Source: an uncultured Pseudomonadota bacterium
Lineage (GTDB): Bacteria > Myxococcota_A > Polyangia > Fen-1088
Direction of reading: 5' to 3'
NCBI GenBank assembly: GCA_963847705.1
Contig: CAWKBC010000029.1
Location: 1-64,000, forward strand
DNA length: 64,000 bases
Every line of letters begins with the position of its first letter. The first letter of the stretch is position 1. The translations under genes were made by a program, and so were the position numbers. This document shows, piece by piece, positions 56,893 to 64,000 of the stretch. Below the pieces are notes generated by a model. The model was not told the DNA's origin. It worked only from the letters and a program-made list of their open reading frames with translations, and searched no databases.

Positions 56893-58899
56893 GTGGCGAC
56901 GCCCCCCGCCCCCGACTGGCTCGCGCGCGTCGACGAGGCGATGGCGCGAAGTGATCGGACCGAGACCCGGTCCGCGCTGGCGGCGTTGCTCGCCGAGATC
57001 GGCGACGAACAGCTGCAACTGCGCGAGCGGACCGACCTGCTGTCGTCGGCCTCCTTCGAGGGGCTGCTCATCCACCTGGACGGCAAGGTCATCGACGTCA
57101 ACGACCGCCTGTGCGAGATGCACGGCTACGAGCGCCATGAGCTTCTGAGCGGGGACATCCTGCGGATGTGCGTCGCCGCGGAAGACGTGCCGGGCGTCCT
57201 CGCCCACATGCGCGGCGGGTTCCAGGGCGAGTACATCGTCACCGGGATCCGCAAGGACGGCTCGCGCTTCCGGTCGGAGGTCCTCTCCAAGCAGGGGCGC
57301 CTGGGCGAGCGGCCCGTGCGCATCGGCGCCATCCGCGACGTGACCGAGCGGGAGCGCACGCACGCCCTCCTGCGGGAGAGCGAGGCCCGGTTTCGCGAGC
57401 TCGCCGACGCGGCCTTCGACATGACGATCTTCAGCCATGACGGCGTCATCGTCGACGCGCGCGGCGCCTCCGAGCGCGTGCTCGGGCGGCCGTGCGCCGA
57501 GCTCGTCGGGCGTTCGATCTTCGAGTTCATGGCCCCCTCGACCATCCCGGCGGTGCGGCAGATGGTGAGCGAGAACCGGCTCGGTTTCATCGACGTCACC
57601 GCCGTCGACGCGGCGGGAAACCTGGTGCCCACGCTGGCGGTCGTGGTGCAGGGGACGCTGGACGGGCGCCCGGTGCGCGTGTCGGGCGTGCGAGACATGC
57701 GCGCCGTCCAGCGCCTCGAAGCCGAGCGGCGGGGGCTCGAGCAGCAGGTCCAGCGGGCGCAGCGGCTCGACAGCCTGGGCGTGCTGGCCGGCGGCATCGC
57801 GCACGACTTCAACAACCTCCTGGCGGGGGTGCTGGGCAACGCCGAGCTGCTGCTCGATCGCGCGGCGACCGACGAGGACAGGGAGATCGCTGCGGCCATC
57901 ATCACGGCTGGCCAGCGCGCGGCGGCGCTCACGCGACAGATGCTGGCCTACGCGGGGCAACGGGATCTCGGTCGGCGTGAGCCCGTCGACCTCGGGGAAC
58001 TCGTGCGCGAGCTGCGGTCACTCTTGGCCGCCACCCTGTCGAAGAAGGCGGAGCTCGAGCTGGCCATCGACGCCGACTCTGCGGTCCTGGGCGATCGGGT
58101 CACCCTGAGCCAGGTCGTCATGAACCTGCTCACCAACGCCTCGGACTCGCTCGGCGAGAGCCCCGGTCGAGTGACCGTGCGCGTGCGGCGGGTGAGCGAG
58201 GTCGACGCCCGGTGGGACCAGGCCCAGGGGGCGACGGTGGGGCCCGGACGCTGGGTGCTCCTGGAGGTCGAGGACACAGGCATCGGCATGGACGAGCCGA
58301 CGCGCGGCCGGGTGTTCGAGCCGTTTTTTTCCACCAAGGAGCGCGGCCACGGCCTCGGGTTGGCGGCCTGCCTGGGCATCGTGCGGGCCCACGGCGGCGC
58401 CGTGCTGGTCGAGAGCGAGCTCGGGCGCGGCAGCCGCTTCTCCGTGCTGCTGCCCGCGAGCGACACCCCGACCTTCGTCGGCGCGGCGCTGCGGCCGGGA
58501 CCGACCACCCGCCCCTGCCGCGTGCTGCTGGTGGACGACGAGGCGATCGTGCGGAGTCAGCTGCGCCGGTCGCTCGAGCTGCGCGGCTACACGGTCGTCG
58601 AGGCCGCCGACGGTCACGCCGCGCTGGCGGCGCTCCTTCCGGCCTCCGGGGCCGCCCAGGCCGACGGCGGTGTCGACGTCGTCATACTGGACATGACGAT
58701 GCCCGATCTCGACGGGGCCGAGGTGCTGCGCCGGCTGCGCGCCGCCGGCTCGCGCGTGCCGGTCGTCGTCTCGTCCGGCTACCTCGACGTCGCCGTCGAG
58801 CGGCGCCTGCCGCCCGGCGAGTTCCAGGGCTTCCTGGCGAAGCCCTACGGCGCGACCGAGCTGGTGAGCGTAATCGAACGCGCCCGCGCGGCGCGCTGA
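56893..58899 (+). CDS. Hybrid sensor histidine kinase (PAS-PAS-HisKA-HATPase-REC)
   Basis: Two PAS domains; GIAHDFNNLL, MNLLTNA, DTGIGM, FEPFFSTK, GLGLA; REC VDDE..DMTMP..KP; TACCAT 6 nt before GTG. Confidence 0.92.
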   Translation: MATPPAPDWLARVDEAMARSDRTETRSALAALLAEIGDEQLQLRERTDLLSSASFEGLLIHLDGKVIDVNDRLCEMHGYERHELLSGDILRMCVAAEDVPGVLAHMRGGFQGEYIVTGIRKDGSRFRSEVLSKQGRLGERPVRIGAIRDVTERERTHALLRESEARFRELADAAFDMTIFSHDGVIVDARGASERVLGRPCAELVGRSIFEFMAPSTIPAVRQMVSENRLGFIDVTAVDAAGNLVPTLAVVVQGTLDGRPVRVSGVRDMRAVQRLEAERRGLEQQVQRAQRLDSLGVLAGGIAHDFNNLLAGVLGNAELLLDRAATDEDREIAAAIITAGQRAAALTRQMLAYAGQRDLGRREPVDLGELVRELRSLLAATLSKKAELELAIDADSAVLGDRVTLSQVVMNLLTNASDSLGESPGRVTVRVRRVSEVDARWDQAQGATVGPGRWVLLEVEDTGIGMDEPTRGRVFEPFFSTKERGHGLGLAACLGIVRAHGGAVLVESELGRGSRFSVLLPASDTPTFVGAALRPGPTTRPCRVLLVDDEAIVRSQLRRSLELRGYTVVEAADGHAALAALLPASGAAQADGGVDVVILDMTMPDLDGAEVLRRLRAAGSRVPVVVSSGYLDVAVERRLPPGEFQGFLAKPYGATELVSVIERARAAR

Positions 58900-58969
58900 G
58901 GCCCGGCGAGACGCGGGCCGCGCCACGGATGCCCCCCGGGGACCGAGCGGGTGTGATATGCGAGTCGCG

Positions 58970-59383
58970 ATGACTTCACCCACCAGCCCCAAGAAGCGCT
59001 CCCTGATGCCGTCGAGCAAGCTGCGGCGATCGCTGCGGGCACACGGGCACGCGCTGTCGGCGCTCGTTCACGTCGGCAAGGGCGGCCTGTCGCCCGCCGT
59101 GATCAAGCAGGTGGAGCAGACGCTGGCCGATCACGAGCTGGTCAAGCTGAAGGTCGACACGGATAGCCCCCACGATCGCCTGACGGTGGCCGAGCGGCTG
59201 GGCGCACTTCCCGGCGTGAACATCGCTCAGATCGTCGGGCACGCCATCCTGATCTACAAGCGCCACCCGCGTGAGCCGCGCTTCGAGGGCGCGACCCCCG
59301 AGGAGCGGGCCGCCAAGCGAGCGACCAAGCGCCCCGCCAAACCGTCCGGCAAACGCACCGGCAAGCGCGCTGCCAGACGTTGA
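58970..59383 (+). CDS. yhbY: YhbY (CRM domain) RNA-binding protein with basic tail
   Basis: LRAHGHAL..VHVGKGGL, L.DHELVKLKV, QIVGHAILIY. Confidence 0.9.
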   Translation: MTSPTSPKKRSLMPSSKLRRSLRAHGHALSALVHVGKGGLSPAVIKQVEQTLADHELVKLKVDTDSPHDRLTVAERLGALPGVNIAQIVGHAILIYKRHPREPRFEGATPEERAAKRATKRPAKPSGKRTGKRAARR

Positions 59384-59401
59384 CCGAGTGTAAGCTCCGC
59401 G

Positions 59402-60412
59402 GTGAGGAAGGTCCGGGATGCAGAAATGACCTTGAGGCGACGGCTGGTCGTTCTCGTGATTGCGGTCCTCGCGCTCGGGTCCTACGTGGGATTCCGGATC
59501 CGTCGAGGCCACGCGCCTCTGGAGTGGAGCGGGACGGTCGAGGCCCACACCATGGAGGTCGGCTCACGCGTCGGCGGCCGGGTCCTCGAAGTCCATGTCC
59601 GCGAAGGTGACAACGTCGTGGCCGGACAGCCGCTGGTGACGCTGGAGAAGGGCGACCTTCCGGCCCAGCGGCTGATCGCGGAGGGGCAGCTCGAACAGGC
59701 GCAGGGCGTCCTGCAGAAGGTCGCCAGCCGAACCCTCCCCACCGCGCGCCGCGCGGAGCTGGCCGAGGCGGAGGCCCGGCTGCAGGCGCAACAGGCGCTG
59801 GAGGCGAAGGCCAAGCTCGACGACGAGCGGGCCCAGAAGCTCTACGGCAGCGGAGCTGGGACCCGGTTGGACGCCGACAACGCGACGCTGGCGCTGCGGA
59901 CGGCGAGCGCTCAAGTGGCGGCCCAGAGAGCGCAGAAGGAGACGCTGCTGCACGGGACGCCGGAGGACGTCCGCTCCGGCGAGGGGATGGTCACGGCCGC
60001 CCAGGGGCGCCTGCAACAGATCGACGTGATGCTCGACGAGCTGGTCGTCCGGGCGCCGCGGGCAGCGCGGGTCGAGTCGCTCGATCTGCGACCGGGTGAC
60101 ATCCTCGCCCCCAACGCACCCGCCGCCAAGCTGCTCGAGCCGGCGGAGCTGTTCGTGCGGATCTACGTCCCGGAGACGGAGATCGGCCGCATCCGCCCGG
60201 GGCTCGAGGTGCCGATCTTCGTCGACTCGTTCCCCGGCCGTGCCTTCCACGGGCGCGTCGAGTCGGTCGCCAGCGAGGGGGAGTTCACCCCGCGGAACCT
60301 CCAGACCGCGGACGAGCGCGCCGACCAGGTCTTCGCTTCGCGGGTCCGCATCGAGGACGGGGCCGACGTCCTTCGGGCGGGCATGGCGGCCTTCGTGCGG
60401 GTGCCCAGATGA
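59402..60412 (+). CDS. HlyD/YbhG-like membrane fusion protein (start 59402 or 59426)
   Basis: [36 protein letters not shown]. Confidence 0.9.
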   Translation: MRKVRDAEMTLRRRLVVLVIAVLALGSYVGFRIRRGHAPLEWSGTVEAHTMEVGSRVGGRVLEVHVREGDNVVAGQPLVTLEKGDLPAQRLIAEGQLEQAQGVLQKVASRTLPTARRAELAEAEARLQAQQALEAKAKLDDERAQKLYGSGAGTRLDADNATLALRTASAQVAAQRAQKETLLHGTPEDVRSGEGMVTAAQGRLQQIDVMLDELVVRAPRAARVESLDLRPGDILAPNAPAAKLLEPAELFVRIYVPETEIGRIRPGLEVPIFVDSFPGRAFHGRVESVASEGEFTPRNLQTADERADQVFASRVRIEDGADVLRAGMAAFVRVPR

Positions 60413-61416
60413 CCGAGCAGACGAGTGGGCGCTCGGGCGCGCCATCCGCGGGCGCCCCGGAGCTCGCCATCCGGGTCGACGGGGTTGGGCGCAAGTTCGG
60501 CGACTTCGTCGCGCTCGACGACGTGAGCCTCACCGTCCCGATCGGCCAGATCTACGGCCTGCTCGGACCGAACGGCTCAGGCAAGTCGACCCTGATCCGG
60601 ATCCTGTGCGGCCTGCTGGCCCCCTCCTCCGGCCACGCCGCCGTCCTCGGCCTGGACGTCACCACCGACGGTGAGGCGATCCGCCGGAACATCGGCTACA
60701 TGAGCCAGCGGTTCTCGCTCTACGAAGATCTGACCGTGCGCGAGAACCTCGACTTCTTCGCCGGCGTCTACCGCCTCGGGGGCAAGCGCCTGCGCGAACG
60801 GCGGGAGGCGGTCGTCGCGCTGACCCACATCGGCCCCTACCTGGATCGTCGGGCCGGGCTTCTCTCGGGCGGCTGGAAACAGCGGCTGGCGCTGGGGGCG
60901 GCGCTCCTGCACGAGCCGCGCGTGGTGTTCCTCGACGAGCCGACCGCCGGGATCGACCCCGTCGCGCGCCGGGAGCTCTGGGACCTGCTGTTCGCGCTGG
61001 CCGCGCAGGGGATCACCTTCCTCGTCACCACCCATTACATGGACGAGGCCGAGCGCTGCGGCGAGGTGGGGTACCTCTATCTGTCGAAGCTCCTGGTGAC
61101 CGGGACGCCCGAGAAGCTGAAGACGCTGCCGATGGTCAACCAGCCGAACACGCGCCGCATCGAGATCGAGACGCCGCAGCCGGCCAAGGCGCTGGCCTGG
61201 ATCCGGCCGCAGCCCTGGTGTCTGGGCGCCACGATCTTCGGCCAGTCGGTGCACACCGTGATCCCCCGCGAGAAGTCCGACGCCGTCATCCTGGTCGAGG
61301 CGCGCGAGGCCGGGTTTCCGCAGGCGGAGATCCGGGAGATTCATCCCTCGCTGGAGGACGTGTTCGTCAAGCTCACCGAAGACGCCGCCCGGGCGCGCGG
61401 CGAATCGGCGGCCTAG
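60409..61416 (+). CDS. ABC exporter ATP-binding protein
   Basis: [43 protein letters not shown]. Confidence 0.93.
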   Translation: MTEQTSGRSGAPSAGAPELAIRVDGVGRKFGDFVALDDVSLTVPIGQIYGLLGPNGSGKSTLIRILCGLLAPSSGHAAVLGLDVTTDGEAIRRNIGYMSQRFSLYEDLTVRENLDFFAGVYRLGGKRLRERREAVVALTHIGPYLDRRAGLLSGGWKQRLALGAALLHEPRVVFLDEPTAGIDPVARRELWDLLFALAAQGITFLVTTHYMDEAERCGEVGYLYLSKLLVTGTPEKLKTLPMVNQPNTRRIEIETPQPAKALAWIRPQPWCLGATIFGQSVHTVIPREKSDAVILVEAREAGFPQAEIREIHPSLEDVFVKLTEDAARARGESAA

Positions 61417-61418
61417 CC

Positions 61419-62525
61419 ATGTGGCGGTCCTTCCTGGCGGTGTTTCGGAAGGAGTTCCTGCACATCCTGCGCGACGCCGGCACGCTCCGGCTGGCGCTGA
61501 TGCTCCCGGTCATGCAGCTCGTGCTGTTCGGCTTCATCGACCAGACCGTCCACGATCTGCCGACCGCCATCGTCGACCAGGATCATTCGGTCGACAGCCG
61601 CCTCTTCCGCGATCAGCTGCGCGCCACCAAGACCTTCAAGATCATCGACGTCACCACCGATCCCGGGCAGGCGCGCCAGGAGATCCGCTCCGGTCGGGCG
61701 CGGATCGCCATCGTCATCCCGCCGCGCTTCCACGACAACCGCGTGCGCGGAACGACGGCGCAGGTGCTGGTGTTGATCGACGGCTCCGACTCGACCGCCA
61801 GCGCGCAGGCCCTGGCCAGCGTCAACGGGCTCACCGCCAGCGACAACCTGGCGCGCCTCGAGACCGTGGTCCCCGGGCAGGGGGCGATCGCCGCGCAGCC
61901 GATCATCCTCTTCAACCCCGAGGGGCGGACCGCCAACTACATCATCCCGGGGCTGGTGGCGGTGCTGCTGCAGCTGGTGGGCATCGTCCTCTCCGCGGGG
62001 GCCATCGTGCGCGAACGAGAGCGGGGAACCCTCGAGCAGCTCCTGGTCACGCCGATCGATCCCGTCGGACTGATGATGGGGAAGCTCTGCCCCTACCTGG
62101 TGCTCAGCCTCGTCGAGATGACCCTCATCCTGGTGGCGATGCGCTTCGGGTTCGGCGTCCCCATTCGCGGGAGCATCCTGCTCCTCTACGCCATCGCCCT
62201 CTTTTATCTGAGCGCCCTGCTCTCCTTGGGCCTGCTCATCTCCACCCGGGCGAAGACGCAGATGGAGGCGCAGCAGATGGGCCAGCTGCTGTTTCTTCCA
62301 GGCGTGTTTCTCTCCGGCTACATCTTCCCGTTCGAGGGGATGCCGGCGGTGCTGCGGGGGATTGGCCTGCTCTTTCCGGTGACGCACATGATCGCCATCA
62401 TGCGCGGCGTGGTCCTCCGCAACGCGAGCGTCGTCGACCTCTGGCCCCACGTCGCCGCGCTCGTCGGGATGACCATCGTCCTCGTCTGGCTCGGCGCGCG
62501 CAGCGTCCGAAAAGTCGCCGCCTGA
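61419..62525 (+). CDS. ABC-2 type permease (YbhS/R-like)
   Basis: KEFLHILRD, IDGSD, FNPE, IVRERERGTLEQLLVTP, LSGYIFP..MP. Confidence 0.92.
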   Translation: MWRSFLAVFRKEFLHILRDAGTLRLALMLPVMQLVLFGFIDQTVHDLPTAIVDQDHSVDSRLFRDQLRATKTFKIIDVTTDPGQARQEIRSGRARIAIVIPPRFHDNRVRGTTAQVLVLIDGSDSTASAQALASVNGLTASDNLARLETVVPGQGAIAAQPIILFNPEGRTANYIIPGLVAVLLQLVGIVLSAGAIVRERERGTLEQLLVTPIDPVGLMMGKLCPYLVLSLVEMTLILVAMRFGFGVPIRGSILLLYAIALFYLSALLSLGLLISTRAKTQMEAQQMGQLLFLPGVFLSGYIFPFEGMPAVLRGIGLLFPVTHMIAIMRGVVLRNASVVDLWPHVAALVGMTIVLVWLGARSVRKVAA

Positions 62526-62535
62526 TCTCGACCGG

Positions 62536-63300
62536 TCAAGACTGCAAGCCGGGGAGCTCGATGGCGAACGCCAGCCCCATTCCTGGGGCGTTCCGGATCT
62601 TCAGGCTGCCGTTCAGCTCGGCGACGCCGCGCCGGACGATCCAGATCCCCAGGCCATGGGCTCCGATCGGCGCCACCCCGTCATCCAGGTATTTGCCGGT
62701 CATCTCCAGACCGGACCGGAGGCCGGGACCGCGGTCGGCGAAGGCGATCCGCAATCTGTCGCCCGCGCGGGCCAGCTGGACGTGAATCGGCGAGGCCGGG
62801 GCGTACTTGCTGGCGTTCTGGAGCAGGTTACAGAAAATTCGCAGGAGGCAGCCTTTGTCCCAGGTTCCTCGAGCGCGGTCCAACCCCGACTTGCGGCTCA
62901 CCGTCACTGCGCACTTCGCCCGCTCGAGCAGCTCCTGTTGCAAGGCGATCGCCTCCGCAATCACGGCTTCGACGTCGACCGGCGCTTCGGCGGTGCGCGC
63001 CTCGGGCTGGCGCGGCTCGATGCGATCCGAGCTCAGGAGATCTTCGATGAGGGCGAGCGCGTGATCGGCGACGCGCGACAGCCGCGACAGAGTGCTGGCC
63101 CAGTCCGCGTCGCCGCCGGCGCTCTCCGCCTGACGAAGCCGCGCCAGCCTCTGCGCCAGCAGCTGGATCGCGGTCAGGGGAGAACGCAGATCATGGCTCG
63201 CGGTGCGGAGCAGCTCTCTGGCCCGCCGTTCCGCATCCGCCTCGCTTTTCGACTCCTGGGCGCGAGCCGCCGCGTACCCGTCCTCGTCTTCAGGGACCAT
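62536..63300 (-). CDS. Minimal histidine kinase (HisKA + HATPase, no sensor domain)
   Basis: SHDLRSPL, NLLQNASKY, DRGPG, GLGIWIV; GGAG upstream of the ATG. Confidence 0.8.
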   Translation of the reverse strand: MVPEDEDGYAAARAQESKSEADAERRARELLRTASHDLRSPLTAIQLLAQRLARLRQAESAGGDADWASTLSRLSRVADHALALIEDLLSSDRIEPRQPEARTAEAPVDVEAVIAEAIALQQELLERAKCAVTVSRKSGLDRARGTWDKGCLLRIFCNLLQNASKYAPASPIHVQLARAGDRLRIAFADRGPGLRSGLEMTGKYLDDGVAPIGAHGLGIWIVRRGVAELNGSLKIRNAPGMGLAFAIELPGLQS

Positions 63301-63316
63301 GCTCCCCTTCCCCGAA

Positions 63317-63353
63317 TTGGACGACCAACGTCCAACGTGAAACGTGCAACGTT
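63317..63353. repeat. Four 7-bp nAACGTn tandem units overlapping a TTGGACG-N5-CGTCCAA inverted repeat
   Basis: CAACGTC CAACGTG AAACGTG CAACGTT at 63326-63353. Confidence 0.65.
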
Positions 63354-63523
63354 GATCGGTTAATCCTCGTTACAGCCGTGTCAACGGGACGAAGGGCCTC
63401 ACTTTGAAGCCCATCCGGGGCCCCGGGCCAGGGCGTTCGCTCGGATAAACATCCACCAAATCCGAAATCGAGCGGGCGCGGCAGCGATTTGACCCCACGT
63501 CGGCTCGGGACGACCATCGGCGC

Positions 63524-64000
63524 GTGCGGAAGCGCAACCTGGCGATCGGCTTGCTCGCCGCCGCGGGCGTCTGCGGCATCCTGTGGCTCGCCCGCGGAGG
63601 CCCGCCCGAGGAGCAGCCCACGCGGCCTCTCGAGCCACCGACGCCGCCTTCTGCCGCTGCCCTGCCCCCGCCCGGGCCCGCGCCGACACCGGCCGCGGGC
63701 GAGATCAGCGTGCTGACGCTGCTCCACGAGATGGTGGATCTCGACCACCTCGCGCGGCTCCCCGGCGCACGATTCGTGGCCGGTCAGGCGGCGAGCACGG
63801 ACCGGCGCTCGAAGCGGCCCACCGACGCGGACGGGTGGTTCGCCAACGACGACTTCGTGACCGACACGGAGGCGAACCTGGTCCGCATCGAGGCCACCCC
63901 CGACGGCGGCAAGCGCTACGTGCTGCTCGACGTCGCCGGACCGGGCGCGGTGGTCCGAGTGTGGAGCGCCAACCCCACCGGGACGCTGCGCGTCTACATC
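63524..64000 (+). CDS. DUF2961 (GH172-like) exported protein, 3'-truncated by window edge
   Basis: Frame not in the ORF track: MRKRNLAIGLLAAAG..LLHEMVDLDHLARLP..QAASTDRRS..WFANDD..LLDVAGPGAVVRVWSANP.GTLRVYI. Confidence 0.75.
   Translation, partial: MRKRNLAIGLLAAAGVCGILWLARGGPPEEQPTRPLEPPTPPSAAALPPPGPAPTPAAGEISVLTLLHEMVDLDHLARLPGARFVAGQAASTDRRSKRPTDADGWFANDDFVTDTEANLVRIEATPDGGKRYVLLDVAGPGAVVRVWSANPTGTLRVYI

Noticed and set aside
355-63748. Numerous long Arg/Pro/Gly-rich alternative-frame and antisense ORFs (e.g. 34294-37248, 23900-26758 upstream part, 25660-28137, 42291-44447)
   Set aside because: Shadow ORFs expected in high-GC DNA; they overlap well-supported genes and lack family motifs
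1-64000. Mobile elements, prophage, defence systems, rRNA/tRNA
   Set aside because: No transposase, integrase, phage, nuclease or RNA-gene signatures recognised

Overview
Very GC-rich, densely coding 64-kb bacterial chromosomal window. The gene content points to a Myxococcota, probably Polyangia-like, genome (inference): two membrane Ser/Thr kinase + PEGA + Cys-rich lipoprotein cassettes, an RpoH-type sigma factor, a CotH lipoprotein, and a LacI-sensor/SpoIIE fusion. Housekeeping and metabolic genes include treY, pfkA, pntAB, fkpA, ilvC, modF-like, slyX, yhbY, a sirtuin, an enoyl-CoA hydratase and an ABC exporter. I found no rRNA, tRNA, CRISPR array or mobile element. At least seven genes carry single-base frameshifts. 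Four of them are the identical +T event (GATCTG read as GATTCTG), most likely a systematic long-read error that may be linked to DNA modification. Other points of note: many genes have a TANNNT -10 box 5-8 nt before the start codon (leaderless mRNAs); rpoH has a consensus sigma-54 promoter; an IlvY-like operator sits upstream of a long-form ilvC with no ilvY next to it; there is an operon of three GT-C-like membrane proteins, a secreted protein with a Cys/His papain-like dyad, a 3x47-bp palindromic tandem repeat, and three decayed gene relics. All product calls are from motif recognition only; no database searches were run.
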